Source: Escherichia phage EC101
Strand: one strand, 5' to 3'
Sequence record: OL310488.1
DNA length: 64,000 bases
Shown here: piece by piece, positions 1 through 10,023 of the stretch
Numbering within the stretch: position 1 is the stretch's first letter
How the letters are laid out: every line of letters starts with the position of its first letter
Position numbers and translations under genes: made by a program
The notes under the pieces: model-generated
Told to the model about the DNA's origin: nothing
The model's database searches: none
Seen by the model: only the letters and a program-made list of their open reading frames with translations

Positions 1-10
1 TGAGGAAATT

Positions 11-2188
11 ATGATTATCACCACTGAAAAAGAAACAATTCTTGGCAATGGTTCTAAATCAAAAGCATTTAGCATCGCAGCAAATCCTAAAGTATTTAAA
101 ATTCTATCATCTGATTTGTATACAAACAAGATTCGCGCAGTGGTCCGTGAATTAATTACTAACATGATTGATGCCCATGCTCTCAATGGAAATCCTGAAA
201 AATTTATCATTCAAGTTCCAGGACGATTAGACCCGCGATTTGTTTGTCGAGATTTTGGTCCGGGTATGAGTGATTTTGATATTCAGGGTGATGATAATTC
301 TCCTGGGTTGTATAATTCATACTTCAGTTCATCTAAAGCTGAATCTAATGACTTTATTGGCGGATTTGGTTTAGGTTCTAAATCTCCGTTTAGTTATACT
401 GATACGTTTAGTATTACTTCGTATCATAAAGGTGAAATTCGTGGTTATGTAGCTTACATGGATGGTGATGGCCCACAGATTAAACCTACATTCGTAAAAG
501 AAATGGGTCCAGATGATAAAACTGGTATTGAAATCGTAGTTCCAGTTGAAGAAAAAGACTTTAGAAACTTTGCTTATGAAGTTTCTTATATCATGCGACC
601 GTTCAAAGATTTGGCTATCATTAATGGTCTTGACCGCGAAATTGATTATTTTCCGGATTTTGATGATTATTATGGCGTAAATCCAGAAAGATACTGGCCA
701 GATCGTGGTGGATTATATGCTATCTATGGCGGTATTGTTTATCCTATCGATGGTGTTATTAGAGACCGTAACTGGCTAAGCATTCGCAATGAAGTGAATT
801 ACATTAAGTTTCCAATGGGTTCACTTGATATTGCTCCATCTCGCGAGGCTCTTTCACTGGATGATCGCACTCGTAAAAATATTATTGAACGAGTTAAAGA
901 ACTCAGTGAGAAAGCATTTAATGAAGATGTAAAACGATTTAAAGAATCTACATCTCCTCGTCATACATATCGCGAATTAATGAAGATGGGGTATTCTGCT
1001 CGAGATTATATGATTAGTAATTCAGTCAAATTCACGACTAAAAATCTGTCATATAAGAAGATGCAGAGTATGTTTGAACCTGATAGTAAGTTATGCAACG
1101 CGGGAGTTGTGTATGAAGTAAATCTTGACCCTCGACTGAAACGCATTAAGCAAAGCCATGAAACTTCAGCCGTTGCATCAAGTTATCGTCTGTTTGGTAT
1201 TAATACAACAAAAATTAATATCGTTATTGATAATATTAAAAATCGTGTTAATATTGTCCGTGGATTAGCACATGCGTTAGATGATAGTGAATTTAATAAC
1301 ACTTTGAATATTCATCACAACGAACGCCTTCTGTTTATTAATCCAGAAGTAGAATCGCAGATTGATTTGCTTCCTGATATTATGGCGATGTTTGAAAGTG
1401 ATGAAGTTAACATTCATTATTTGTCAGAAATTGAAGCTTTAGTTAAAAGCTATATTCCAAAGGTAGTTAAAAGTAAAGCTCCTCGTCCTAAAGCTGCTAC
1501 AGCATTTAAGTTTGAAATTAAAGACGGGCGCTGGGAAAAAGAGGAATTATTTACGCTCACATCAGAAGCAGATGAAATTACTGGGTATGTAGCGTATATG
1601 CATCGTTCTGATATTTTCTCTATGGATGGTACTACATCTCTTTGTCATCCATCTATGAATATTTTGATTCGTATGGCTAATCTTATTGGCATTAATGAGT
1701 TTTATGTTATTCGTCCGCTTTTGCAGAAAAAGGTAAAAGAACTCGGTCAGTGCCAATGTATTTTTGAAACTTTGCGTGATTTATATGTAGATGCTTTTGA
1801 TGATGTAGATTATGATAAGTACGTAGGTTATTCAAGTTCAGCTCAACGATATATTGATAAAATTATCAAGTATCCTGAGTTAGATTTTATGATGAAGTAC
1901 TTCAGTACAGATGAAGTTTCTGAAGAATATACACGACTCGCTAATATAGTTAGTTCATTGCGCGGTGTATATTTTAATGGTGGAAAAGATACCATTGGTC
2001 ATGACATCTGGACAGTAACTAATCTTTTTGATGTATTATCAAATAATGCTTCAAAAAACAGTGATAAAATGGTTGCTGAGTTTACCAAGAAATTCCGCAT
2101 TGTTTCCGACTTCATCGGTTATCGCAACTCTTTAAGTGATGATGAAGTTTCTCAAATCGCTAAAACTATGAAGGCCCTTGCGGCCTAA
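11..2188 (+). CDS. rIIA: rIIA protein (membrane-associated, N-terminal GHKL-type ATPase-like region)
   Basis: 725-aa ORF with SD GAGGAAATT before ATG; length and sequence match T4 rIIA as recalled; rIIB follows 12 nt downstream. Confidence 0.95.
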   Translation: MIITTEKETILGNGSKSKAFSIAANPKVFKILSSDLYTNKIRAVVRELITNMIDAHALNGNPEKFIIQVPGRLDPRFVCRDFGPGMSDFDIQGDDNSPGLYNSYFSSSKAESNDFIGGFGLGSKSPFSYTDTFSITSYHKGEIRGYVAYMDGDGPQIKPTFVKEMGPDDKTGIEIVVPVEEKDFRNFAYEVSYIMRPFKDLAIINGLDREIDYFPDFDDYYGVNPERYWPDRGGLYAIYGGIVYPIDGVIRDRNWLSIRNEVNYIKFPMGSLDIAPSREALSLDDRTRKNIIERVKELSEKAFNEDVKRFKESTSPRHTYRELMKMGYSARDYMISNSVKFTTKNLSYKKMQSMFEPDSKLCNAGVVYEVNLDPRLKRIKQSHETSAVASSYRLFGINTTKINIVIDNIKNRVNIVRGLAHALDDSEFNNTLNIHHNERLLFINPEVESQIDLLPDIMAMFESDEVNIHYLSEIEALVKSYIPKVVKSKAPRPKAATAFKFEIKDGRWEKEELFTLTSEADEITGYVAYMHRSDIFSMDGTTSLCHPSMNILIRMANLIGINEFYVIRPLLQKKVKELGQCQCIFETLRDLYVDAFDDVDYDKYVGYSSSAQRYIDKIIKYPELDFMMKYFSTDEVSEEYTRLANIVSSLRGVYFNGGKDTIGHDIWTVTNLFDVLSNNASKNSDKMVAEFTKKFRIVSDFIGYRNSLSDDEVSQIAKTMKALAA

Positions 2189-2199
2189 TAAGGAAAATT

Positions 2200-3138
2200 A
2201 TGTACAATATTAAATGCCTGACCAAAAACGAACAAGCTGAAATTGTTAAACTGTATTCAAGCGGTAATTATACCCAACAGGAATTGGCTGATTGGCAAGG
2301 TGTATCGGTTGACACAATCCGTCGTGTTTTGAAAAATGCCGAAGAAGCTAAACGCCCTAAAGTTACTATTAGTGGTGATATTACAGTTAAAGTTAATAGC
2401 GATGCAGTTATTGCTCCAGTTGCTAAATCTGACATTATTTGGAATGCATCTAAAAAATTCATTTCAATTACTGTTGACGGTGTAACTTATAACGCAACTC
2501 CTAATACTCATTCAAACTTCCAGGAAATTCTTAATCTGCTTGTAGCGGATAAGCTGGAAGAAGCAGCACAAAAAATTAATGTTCGTCGCGCTGTTGAAAA
2601 ATATATTTCCGGCGATGTTCGAATTGAAGGTGGAAGCTTGTTCTATCAAAATATTGAATTGCGATCTGGTTTGGTTGATCGTATTCTTGACTCGATGGAA
2701 AAAGGCGAAAACTTTGAATTTTATTTTCCGTTCTTGGAAAATCTGCTGGAAAACCCAAGCCAAAAAGCGGTATCTCGACTCTTTGATTTCTTGGTAGCAA
2801 ACGATATTGAAATTACAGAAGATGGCTACTTCTATGCTTGGAAAGTAGTTCGCAGCAATTACTTTGACTGTCACTCAAATACCTTTGATAACAGTCCAGG
2901 TAAAGTAGTTAAAATGCCACGTACTCGTGTGAATGACGATGATACACAAACTTGTTCTCGTGGTCTGCATGTGTGTTCTAAATCTTATATTCGTCACTTT
3001 GGCAGTTCAACCAGCCGAGTCGTAAAAGTTAAAGTGCATCCTCGCGATGTGGTATCAATTCCGATTGATTACAACGACGCTAAAATGCGTACCTGCCAAT
3101 ACGAAGTAGTTGAAGACGTTACTGAACAATTTAAATAA
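2200..3138 (+). CDS. rIIB: rIIB protein
   Basis: 312-aa ORF, AAGGA SD; length and sequence as recalled for T4 rIIB; synteny with rIIA. Confidence 0.95.
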   Translation: MYNIKCLTKNEQAEIVKLYSSGNYTQQELADWQGVSVDTIRRVLKNAEEAKRPKVTISGDITVKVNSDAVIAPVAKSDIIWNASKKFISITVDGVTYNATPNTHSNFQEILNLLVADKLEEAAQKINVRRAVEKYISGDVRIEGGSLFYQNIELRSGLVDRILDSMEKGENFEFYFPFLENLLENPSQKAVSRLFDFLVANDIEITEDGYFYAWKVVRSNYFDCHSNTFDNSPGKVVKMPRTRVNDDDTQTCSRGLHVCSKSYIRHFGSSTSRVVKVKVHPRDVVSIPIDYNDAKMRTCQYEVVEDVTEQFK

Positions 3139-3166
3139 GGGCTTCGGCCCTTAACTAAGGAAAATT

Positions 3167-3361
3167 ATGTTAGGTTATCAAGCACGAGTAAAAGAAGAAT
3201 ACGATCAATTAATGCTTAAAATTAATGCACTGAGTAAATTTTTAGAAAGCGCAAAGTTTCTAACAGTTAGTGTAGTTGAGCAAGAACTGCTACTTTCACA
3301 GTTCATCTCAATGAAATCTTATGCTGAATGTCTAGAGAAAAGAATTGCACAATTCAAGTAA
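3167..3361 (+). CDS. hypothetical small protein
   Basis: 64-aa ORF with AAGGA SD, flanked by GC hairpins; no recognisable domain. Confidence 0.5.
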   Translation: MLGYQARVKEEYDQLMLKINALSKFLESAKFLTVSVVEQELLLSQFISMKSYAECLEKRIAQFK

Positions 3362-3366
3362 AATAA

Positions 3367-3388
3367 AGGGCTTCGGCCCTTTTGTTTT
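3367..3388 (+). terminator. intrinsic terminator (AGGGC-TTCG-GCCCT stem-loop followed by TTTTGTTTT)
   Basis: perfect 5-bp GC stem with UUCG tetraloop and downstream T-run, seen directly in sequence. Confidence 0.6.
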
Positions 3389-3399
3389 AAGGAAAAATT

Positions 3400-3729
3400 A
3401 TGATTTATTGTATGAATATCGGTGATTCCGACATAAAAGAGATTAAACTGCACGGAAATCATCACGCTAATATTGTGTACTGTAATAAATTTGAGTTTGG
3501 TCACGAAAAACTTGGGTTTCTTTACTGTAATGATGTTATAGTCATGGATAAAAAGGAGCTCGATGAACTTGACCGCGAGTCTTTAGATGAAAATGACCGA
3601 ATTTATTACGGCACTCTTAAAGTATATAACGCTTATCTCAGTGGTAAAAAGGAAAGTCTAAATGCAGAAAACGAATCCGGGTTTACAGAGACTATTTCAG
3701 ATTCCGACATTTACCCTATCGAACAGTGA
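3400..3729 (+). CDS. hypothetical protein (109 aa), 3' end overlaps denB start by 68 nt
   Basis: ORF with AAGGAAA SD; no recognisable domain. Confidence 0.45.
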   Translation: MIYCMNIGDSDIKEIKLHGNHHANIVYCNKFEFGHEKLGFLYCNDVIVMDKKELDELDRESLDENDRIYYGTLKVYNAYLSGKKESLNAENESGFTETISDSDIYPIEQ

Positions 3730-4219
3730 CTTGACTAGCGAAATGAAGGTCAAAATTGCTGATACTGCAAGATACTCTTTAAAACAAAACCCGAACCAGG
3801 ATAAAGCAGAAGTTATTGAAAGATGTCGTATTGCTGTATACGCAGAGTTTTTTGTAGCAGATTGGCTAAGCGGGTATGTTAATAAAGGTCAAGAAGATGT
3901 CGATGATCCATATACATACGCGTGGGATGTTTTAGCACATCCAAAATACTGTGGGCTTCGTGTAGAAGTTAAGACACATCAAACTGGCTCACGTTGGATT
4001 TCTGTAACAACAGGATGCAGCGGAGAGTATCCATACGGTTCTGGAATAAATCTAGGGCCCATTCTAAATCATCAAGTCGCTGACTGTATAATTATATTCA
4101 ACACTAAAGAAATTCATCCAGGTGTTATCCAGTACACTCCGAAGTTCATCGGTGACAGAGAAGACCTTCGTAAGGTTGTAAGAAAAAGCAACTACAATGG
4201 ATGGTATCTTTCCATTTAA
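3662..4219 (+). CDS. denB: endonuclease IV (ssDNA endonuclease specific for cytosine-containing DNA)
   Basis: 185-aa ORF, same length as T4 DenB; AAGGAAAG SD; position between rIIB and ndd as in T4. Confidence 0.6.
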   Translation: MQKTNPGLQRLFQIPTFTLSNSDLTSEMKVKIADTARYSLKQNPNQDKAEVIERCRIAVYAEFFVADWLSGYVNKGQEDVDDPYTYAWDVLAHPKYCGLRVEVKTHQTGSRWISVTTGCSGEYPYGSGINLGPILNHQVADCIIIFNTKEIHPGVIQYTPKFIGDREDLRKVVRKSNYNGWYLSI

Positions 4220-4236
4220 AAAATTTTCACAAAACA

Positions 4237-4268
4237 GTTTACATACCACAAGGACCGTGGTACTATAC
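4237..4268 (+). promoter_or_regulatory. T4-type early promoter (-35 GTTTAC, -10 region TACTATAC, A-rich upstream element)
   Basis: GTTTACA then about 18 bp then GGTACTATAC; same architecture recurs upstream of several early genes in this window. Confidence 0.55.
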
Positions 4269-4293
4269 AACTATCAGCTACGGAGGAGTAAAA

Positions 4294-4557
4294 ATGAAAT
4301 TTAAATTTTATTATGCTAAACATAAAATTACCGGTGAATTTATTGCATTTACGACTTCAACTACAGATGAAGGAGATATTTTTACTGCAGTATTTTTATC
4401 AAAATGGGAATCAGATCAACCTTACTTATCATCACGTGAAGATCTCCAACGATTAGTTAATGGAGAATATAATGATTCATGGTCATATTTAGTCCATGAT
4501 TGTGTTAAAAAGGCAATAAAACAAAAACACTTGGAAATCGTTGAGATTGAACTATGA
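4294..4557 (+). CDS. hypothetical protein (88 aa; ndd.x-class early gene)
   Basis: ATG preceded by GGAGGAG SD and an early promoter; the track ORF 4201..4557 trimmed to the first SD-supported ATG. Confidence 0.5.
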   Translation: MKFKFYYAKHKITGEFIAFTTSTTDEGDIFTAVFLSKWESDQPYLSSREDLQRLVNGEYNDSWSYLVHDCVKKAIKQKHLEIVEIEL

Positions 4558-4742
4558 GTTCATTATGTTGGTGTTTTGTTTGGTTAATTAGTATTCCAGT
4601 AATTTGTTTAACATTTACTTTTGTGATGAGGTTATTATGAAAATTTTGAATTCTGTACTTATTGCGTGTGCATGGTGGGTTGCACAAGTTTCGGCAGTAG
4701 TGATTGGTATTCACATTTATTACGAATATTTTTAAAAAAGTT

Positions 4743-4774
4743 GTTTACAAGACTGTTCTTCCGTGGTACTATTA
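4743..4774 (+). promoter_or_regulatory. T4-type early promoter
   Basis: GTTTACA ... GGTACTATTA motif followed by GGAGG SD. Confidence 0.5.
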
Positions 4775-4800
4775 CCCTATCAACTACGGAGGAACAGAAA

Positions 4801-4914
4801 ATGAAAAAGATTGTTAAAGCTATATGGAATGTAGTTATAATACTAATAGTTTTGAGTATATTCCCAATCGTTTTAATGATTGATGTATTAAACGTTTACT
4901 TTGGATTTATGTGA
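4801..4914 (+). CDS. small hydrophobic membrane peptide (37 aa)
   Basis: GGAGGAACAGAAA-ATG; almost entirely hydrophobic (single predicted TM helix). Confidence 0.4.
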   Translation: MKKIVKAIWNVVIILIVLSIFPIVLMIDVLNVYFGFM

Positions 4915-4921
4915 GGAAAAT

Positions 4922-5119
4922 ATGAAGCGTAAACGCAGTGCTTTTACATTTATTGAATGGTTTTTCGATAATATTTTTCCGGCTTTATTCATTTTCATGC
5001 TGATTTTTGCCTTAGGTTCAGTTGTAGTTGGAATCTATTTGATGGCAGTAGTCGGAATGGATATTCATCAAAATGGTTTAAAATCTGTGGTTGAAACAAT
5101 TTGGAACGGTGTAAAATGA
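4922..5119 (+). CDS. small membrane protein (65 aa)
   Basis: GAGGAAAAT-ATG; long hydrophobic segment FPALFIFMLIFALGSVVVGIYLMAVVG. Confidence 0.5.
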   Translation: MKRKRSAFTFIEWFFDNIFPALFIFMLIFALGSVVVGIYLMAVVGMDIHQNGLKSVVETIWNGVK

Positions 5120-5234
5120 TGAATTTGCTGAGCGGTTGGTTTTATATTCTTATGTTTTACATTGGTGCAAATTTCCCATATTGGATGGGATGGTCAACAA
5201 CTGCATTTGGATTTTATACTCCCTGAGGTGAATT

Positions 5235-5450
5235 ATGAAAATCTTTAAAGATGTAAAAGTTGGTGAAATTTTCTGTTTAGATAACGGTGATCAGTTAATT
5301 CGTATTTCACCTCTTAAGAGCACTAGCGAGAAACCGACAGTTAATGCTACTTTAGCAAATAACAGTAATGAACGTTTCTGTATTGAAAATGATACTGAAA
5401 CTTATACCGTAGAAGAGTTTTGGGAATTGAGCGTCGACTGCGACGATTAA
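5235..5450 (+). CDS. hypothetical protein (71 aa)
   Basis: GAGGTG SD before ATG; no recognisable domain. Confidence 0.5.
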   Translation: MKIFKDVKVGEIFCLDNGDQLIRISPLKSTSEKPTVNATLANNSNERFCIENDTETYTVEEFWELSVDCDD

Positions 5451-5508
5451 TTTAATGGCCGCGTATTCATGCGGCCATGGAGTAGAAAATAATTTAGAGG
5501 AAATTAAT

Positions 5509-5967
5509 ATGAAATACATGACTGTTACTGATCTGAACAACGCAGGCGCTACTGTTATTGGTACAATCAAGGGTGGTGAGTGGTTTTTGGGAACTCCGCA
5601 TAAAGATATTTTATCTAAACCTGGATTTTACTTTTTAGTAAGTAAATTAGATGGTCGTCCATTTAGTAATCCATGCGTGTCTGCACGATTTTATGTAGGT
5701 AATCAGCGTTCTAAGCAAGGATTCAGTGCAGTTCTAAGTCATATTCGTCAACGTCGGTCTCAGCTTGCACGTACTATTGCAAATAACAATGTTCCATACA
5801 CAGTATTTTATCTTCCTGCTTCTAAGATGAAACCTCTGACGACAGGATTTGGAAAAGGTCAGTTAGCTTTGGCGTTTACTCGTAACCATCATTCTGAGTA
5901 TCAAACACTTGAAGAAATGAACCGTATGTTGGCTGATAATTTTAAATTCGTTTTGCAGGCATATTAA
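5509..5967 (+). CDS. ndd: nucleoid disruption protein
   Basis: about 152 aa from the SD-supported ATG (GAGG 8 nt upstream); sequence [18 protein letters not shown]... matches T4 Ndd as recalled. Confidence 0.8.
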
Positions 5968-6047
5968 TGAGTAATTTCCATAACGAACATGTGATGCAGT
6001 TCTATCGTAACAATCTTAAAACTAAAGGCGTCTTCGGACGCCAGTGA
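5967..6047 (+). CDS. stp: Stp peptide (26 aa; in T4 it activates the host PrrC anticodon nuclease)
   Basis: translation [26 protein letters not shown] matches T4 Stp as recalled; start overlaps ndd stop (TAATG); below ORF-track length threshold. Confidence 0.8.
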
Positions 6048-6054
6048 GGAAAAT

Positions 6055-6213
6055 ATGAATATTGCAAAATTATTAGGAGTTATTTCATTTATTTGTTGGA
6101 TAGTAGCATGTGTTTTAACTATCTGTATTGATGCCAGCAGTGTGTTTTCGCAAGCTTTAGCTCAGGGTATGTGTGCATATTTAACATTTGTGTTGTTATC
6201 TACTAATGATTAA
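6055..6213 (+). CDS. small membrane protein (52 aa), possible ac (acridine sensitivity) equivalent
   Basis: GAGGAAAAT-ATG; hydrophobic; T4 ac is a 51-aa membrane protein lying between stp and gene 52, but I cannot verify its sequence from memory. Confidence 0.4.
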   Translation: MNIAKLLGVISFICWIVACVLTICIDASSVFSQALAQGMCAYLTFVLLSTND

Positions 6214-6346
6214 GAAAATCTTGGGCTATTCATTAGCCCTTGCTATTTTATTGATAGCATTATATTACGGAATAATGTTCGGATTAATTCAAGTCGTGCT
6301 TTTCATTTCTGATGTTATTATGGCACTACATTCACTAGTATGGTAA
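6206..6346 (+). CDS. small hydrophobic peptide (46 aa)
   Basis: ATG overlapping the preceding ORF end; ends 4 nt before the gene 52 start; entirely hydrophobic. Confidence 0.3.
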   Translation: MIKKILGYSLALAILLIALYYGIMFGLIQVVLFISDVIMALHSLVW

Positions 6347-6350
6347 ATTT

Positions 6351-7679
6351 ATGCAACTGAATAATCGTGATTTAAAAAGTATCATTGATAATGAAGCATT
6401 GGCTTATGCTATGTACACGGTTGAAAATCGTGCCATTCCAAATATGATTGACGGATTTAAGCCAGTTCAACGATTTGTTATTGCTCGAGCTCTTGATTTG
6501 GCACGAGGAAATAAAGATAAGTTTCACAAACTCGCTTCTATCGCAGGCGGTGTAGCGGACCTTGGATATCATCATGGTGAAAACTCTGCGCAAGACGCAG
6601 GTGCTTTGATGGCTAACACTTGGAATAATAACTTTCCTCTGTTAGACGGTCAAGGAAACTTTGGTTCTCGTACTGTCCAAAAGGCGGCAGCAAGTCGTTA
6701 TATTTTTGCTCGTGTAAGTAAAAATTTCTATAACGTATATAAAGATACTGAATATGCTCCAGTACATCAAGATAAAGAACACATTCCGCCTGCTTTCTAT
6801 TTGCCTATTATTCCTACTGTTCTTCTTAATGGCGTTTCCGGTATTGCAACTGGTTATGCAACTTACATTCTTCCTCATAGTGTTTCTTCTGTCAAGAAAG
6901 CTGTACTGCAAGCTCTTCAAGGAAAGAAAGTAACTAAACCGAAGGTAGAATTCCCAGAATTTCGTGGTGAAGTCGTTGAAATTGATGGGCAATATGAAAT
7001 TCGTGGAACATATAAGTTTACTTCACGAACTCAAATGCATATCACTGAGATTCCATATAAGTATGATCGTGAAACTTATGTGAGTAAAATCTTAGACCCG
7101 CTTGAAGATAAAGGCTTCATTACATGGGATGATGCTTGTGGTGAGCATGGCTTTGGCTTCAAAGTTAAATTCCGAAAAGAATACTCTTTGAGCGATAATG
7201 AAGAAGAACGCCATGCAAAAATTATGAAAGACTTCGGGTTGATTGAGCGTCGTTCCCAGAATATTACCGTCATTAATGAGAAAGGAAAGCTGCAAGTTTA
7301 CGATAATGTAGTTGATTTAATCAAAGACTTCGTTGAAGTTCGTAAAACTTATGTCCAAAAACGAATTGATAACAAAATCAAAGAAACTGAATCAGCATTT
7401 CGTTTAGCTTTTGCCAAGGCACATTTCATTAAGAAAGTAATTTCAGGTGAAATTGTTGTACAAGGTAAAACTCGCAAAGAACTGACCGAAGAACTTTCTA
7501 AAATTGATATGTATTCTTCTTATGTTGATAAACTAGTTGGAATGAACATTTTTCATATGACTTCCGACGAAGCAAAGAAACTTGCTGAAGAAGCTAAAGC
7601 CAAAAAAGAAGAAAACGAATATTGGAAAACTACTGATGTAGTTACAGAATACACCAAAGATTTAGAGGAAATCAAATGA
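6351..7679 (+). CDS. 52: DNA topoisomerase II medium subunit
   Basis: 442-aa ORF, length and sequence consistent with T4 gp52; gyrase A-like breakage-reunion region. Confidence 0.95.
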   Translation: MQLNNRDLKSIIDNEALAYAMYTVENRAIPNMIDGFKPVQRFVIARALDLARGNKDKFHKLASIAGGVADLGYHHGENSAQDAGALMANTWNNNFPLLDGQGNFGSRTVQKAAASRYIFARVSKNFYNVYKDTEYAPVHQDKEHIPPAFYLPIIPTVLLNGVSGIATGYATYILPHSVSSVKKAVLQALQGKKVTKPKVEFPEFRGEVVEIDGQYEIRGTYKFTSRTQMHITEIPYKYDRETYVSKILDPLEDKGFITWDDACGEHGFGFKVKFRKEYSLSDNEEERHAKIMKDFGLIERRSQNITVINEKGKLQVYDNVVDLIKDFVEVRKTYVQKRIDNKIKETESAFRLAFAKAHFIKKVISGEIVVQGKTRKELTEELSKIDMYSSYVDKLVGMNIFHMTSDEAKKLAEEAKAKKEENEYWKTTDVVTEYTKDLEEIK

Positions 7680-7822
7680 GTCCATTCATTGGTATCACAA
7701 GCGCTGCATTAGTATCTGGTGGCATTTTACTGGCGGGTTTAGGTGTTGTTCCTGCCGTAGCAGGAGGTCTTCTTGCGTTCGGAATTCAACGTGTTATCAT
7801 GACAGTTATCACAGTCATGTAG
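7676..7822 (+). CDS. small membrane peptide (48 aa)
   Basis: ATGA overlap with the gene 52 stop; GAGGAAATCAA SD; Gly/Ala-rich hydrophobic sequence. Confidence 0.3.
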   Translation: MSPFIGITSAALVSGGILLAGLGVVPAVAGGLLAFGIQRVIMTVITVM

Positions 7823-7830
7823 TAATTTTA

Positions 7831-7858
7831 GGGAGAGCCTCGGCTCTCCCTTTTTTAT
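7831..7858 (+). terminator. intrinsic terminator (GGGAGAGCC/GGCTCTCCC stem followed by T6)
   Basis: GC-rich inverted repeat followed by TTTTTTATTT. Confidence 0.8.
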
Positions 7859-7881
7859 TTCAAAAATTTTTTCACAAAACG

Positions 7882-7914
7882 GTTTACAACCAAAGCATAC
7901 TGTGGTACTATACA
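7882..7914 (+). promoter_or_regulatory. T4-type early promoter
   Basis: AAAAATTTTTTCACAAAAC upstream element, GTTTACA, then GTGGTACTATAC. Confidence 0.55.
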
Positions 7915-7960
7915 ACTATCAAATAAATGAACTGAAACAAACAACCCGGAGATACAAAAA

Positions 7961-8188
7961 ATGAAATTTAAAATCGAAAACGAAATCGTTAAAGCTAAAA
8001 ATGCTCTGACTGCTAACAAACTGGTTGTAGATGGTATTGAATATGATATCTGTGGAGTTCGTGAAGAAAAACCTGGTGTTCTGACTTTCTTCACAATGAT
8101 TTTTAAATTTAAAGGTGACACAGAATTCAAACAGTTTGATTTTGCCCATGAAGACGAAATCGAAGTTCGTAATCTGAACATTAAGTAA
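7961..8188 (+). CDS. hypothetical protein (75 aa)
   Basis: ORF downstream of an early promoter with GGAG SD. Confidence 0.6.
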   Translation: MKFKIENEIVKAKNALTANKLVVDGIEYDICGVREEKPGVLTFFTMIFKFKGDTEFKQFDFAHEDEIEVRNLNIK

Positions 8189-8227
8189 GTACTTTATTAG
8201 AGCTCTTGAAAAAGAGTGCAAAAAAGT

Positions 8228-8258
8228 GTTTACTTCTGCTTTAAACATGATACTATAG
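8228..8258 (+). promoter_or_regulatory. T4-type early promoter upstream of motA
   Basis: GTTTAC ... GATACTATAG motif. Confidence 0.5.
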
Positions 8259-8293
8259 ACCTATCAAATAAATGAACTGAAACGGAGATTAAA

Positions 8294-8929
8294 ATGTCTA
8301 AAGTAACTTACATCATCAAAGCTTCTAACGATGTTCTGAATGAAAAAACTGCTGCGATTTTAATTACCATTGCTAAGAAAGATTTCATTACAGCTGCAGA
8401 AGTTCGTGAGGTGCATCCAGATTTAGGTAACGCAGTAGTTAATAGTAATATTGGGGTATTGATTAAAAAAGGCCTGGTGGAGAAATCTGGTGATGGATTA
8501 ATCATTACAGGTGAAGCTCAAGATATTATTTCAAACGCAGCAACTTTATACGCGCAGGAAAATGCTCCGGAACTACTGAAAAAACGAGCAACTCGTAAAG
8601 CTCGTGAGATTACTTCTGATATGGAAGAAGATAAAGACCTCATGTTAAAACTTTTAGATGAAAATGGATTTGTTCTTAAAAAGGTTGAAACTTATCGTAG
8701 TAATTATCTTGCCATTTTAGAAAAACGCACTCACGGAATTCGTAATTTTGAAATTAACAATAATGGAAATATGCGAATTTTTGGATACAAAATGATGGAA
8801 CATCATATTCAGAAATTTACTGATATCGGAATGTCATGTAAAATCGCTAAAAACGGTAATGTGTATCTTGACATTAAACGCTCGGCAGAAAACATTGAAG
8901 CTGTAATCACTGTAGCATCTGAACTGTGA
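8294..8929 (+). CDS. motA: MotA, activator of middle-mode transcription
   Basis: 211-aa ORF; length and sequence match T4 MotA as recalled. Confidence 0.9.
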   Translation: MSKVTYIIKASNDVLNEKTAAILITIAKKDFITAAEVREVHPDLGNAVVNSNIGVLIKKGLVEKSGDGLIITGEAQDIISNAATLYAQENAPELLKKRATRKAREITSDMEEDKDLMLKLLDENGFVLKKVETYRSNYLAILEKRTHGIRNFEINNNGNMRIFGYKMMEHHIQKFTDIGMSCKIAKNGNVYLDIKRSAENIEAVITVASEL

Positions 8930-8939
8930 GGAATAAATA

Positions 8940-9269
8940 ATGAACAAGTTAGAAATTGTCAATGAACTTCGTCGCTGTGTAGAACCTACTCAAGAGGGTT
9001 GGGACATCTGGTACCATGGAGCTTATCTTGGAACTATCGTAAAGATTAAGACTGGTAAATACATGATTATTCGTGAAAGTAAAGATGCTCCAGTAGGTAT
9101 TCGCAATAATTTTATGGCAGCGATAAGTTCATTTACGGATGCAGCTTACGAAATTTACCTTGCTGATTATAAAGAATTTCAGGAATCTCAACCAGTTATT
9201 CGTTCAATTGGTGTTAACAAAGCTCAACAGAAAACTTTATGGCAACGTATTAAAGGATGGTTTAAATGA
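8940..9269 (+). CDS. hypothetical protein (109 aa)
   Basis: ORF in a tightly packed early operon; no recognisable domain. Confidence 0.6.
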   Translation: MNKLEIVNELRRCVEPTQEGWDIWYHGAYLGTIVKIKTGKYMIIRESKDAPVGIRNNFMAAISSFTDAAYEIYLADYKEFQESQPVIRSIGVNKAQQKTLWQRIKGWFK

Positions 9270-9727
9270 ACCCATTTATTAATCGTTTAAAAATGCTGAA
9301 TGTTCCTTTATGTCGTGAAACTCCAGAAAGTCTTGTTGAAAAATTTAAAGCGCATGGTTATAAATGCACAGAAGAAGATATTCTAAAAGAAGTTCCTGAA
9401 ATCTGTTGGCAGACCGCATACTGGGATGAAAACCAAAAGTATCAACGACGAATTGTTTGTGCCGCCAACCGTTTTAAATTAAAAGATGGACGAACTCTTG
9501 TTATTCCAGGTGCTCGTCATTATTCTAAAGATATGGCAGAAGTTTTAGATGTAGTTAAACCCCAATTAGTTACTCAGCAAGTTTGTGATGATGACCAAGG
9601 GTTTATTGATCAGTATAGCAATTACTGGACACGTGAAGAAGCAATGATTATTGCAACTTACGCCGGACAAGTACGTATTGAACGCGGTGGTAGTGAAAAA
9701 GAACTTTACTCTGAGGACCTTTACTAA
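9266..9727 (+). CDS. hypothetical protein (153 aa)
   Basis: ATGA-overlapped start; no recognisable domain. Confidence 0.6.
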   Translation: MNPFINRLKMLNVPLCRETPESLVEKFKAHGYKCTEEDILKEVPEICWQTAYWDENQKYQRRIVCAANRFKLKDGRTLVIPGARHYSKDMAEVLDVVKPQLVTQQVCDDDQGFIDQYSNYWTREEAMIIATYAGQVRIERGGSEKELYSEDLY

Positions 9728-10023
9728 TGAATATTAAAAAGTTTCAAATTGATGGAATTAAGAATCAAATCCAGGCGTTGGAATATGCCAATAAAATGAT
9801 GTCAACTAATTGGGGAATTTATGCCAATGAACCGGCATTTCAGTTCTGTGATATGGAATTCACCAAAAAGCTCGTAGGAAAAGATTATGTATGTCCATTT
9901 AGTTCTCCAGTAAATGGAATGTTAAAACCTGCTTTACGCGATCTTTATATTGCGATGAACGAAGAAATGATAAAAGAACTAAAACGTCAACTGAAGGTGA
10001 TTCAATTTGGCCAGGGAAATTAA
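9727..10023 (+). CDS. hypothetical protein (98 aa)
   Basis: ORF with overlapping stop/start. Confidence 0.6.
   Translation: MNIKKFQIDGIKNQIQALEYANKMMSTNWGIYANEPAFQFCDMEFTKKLVGKDYVCPFSSPVNGMLKPALRDLYIAMNEEMIKELKRQLKVIQFGQGN

Noticed and set aside
1562-1756. 64-aa minus-strand ORF inside rIIA (also 2268..2462, 2512..2874 and 2576..2800 inside rIIB)
   Set aside because: Antisense frames embedded in well-supported genes; AT-rich codon usage produces such ORFs by chance; no SD.
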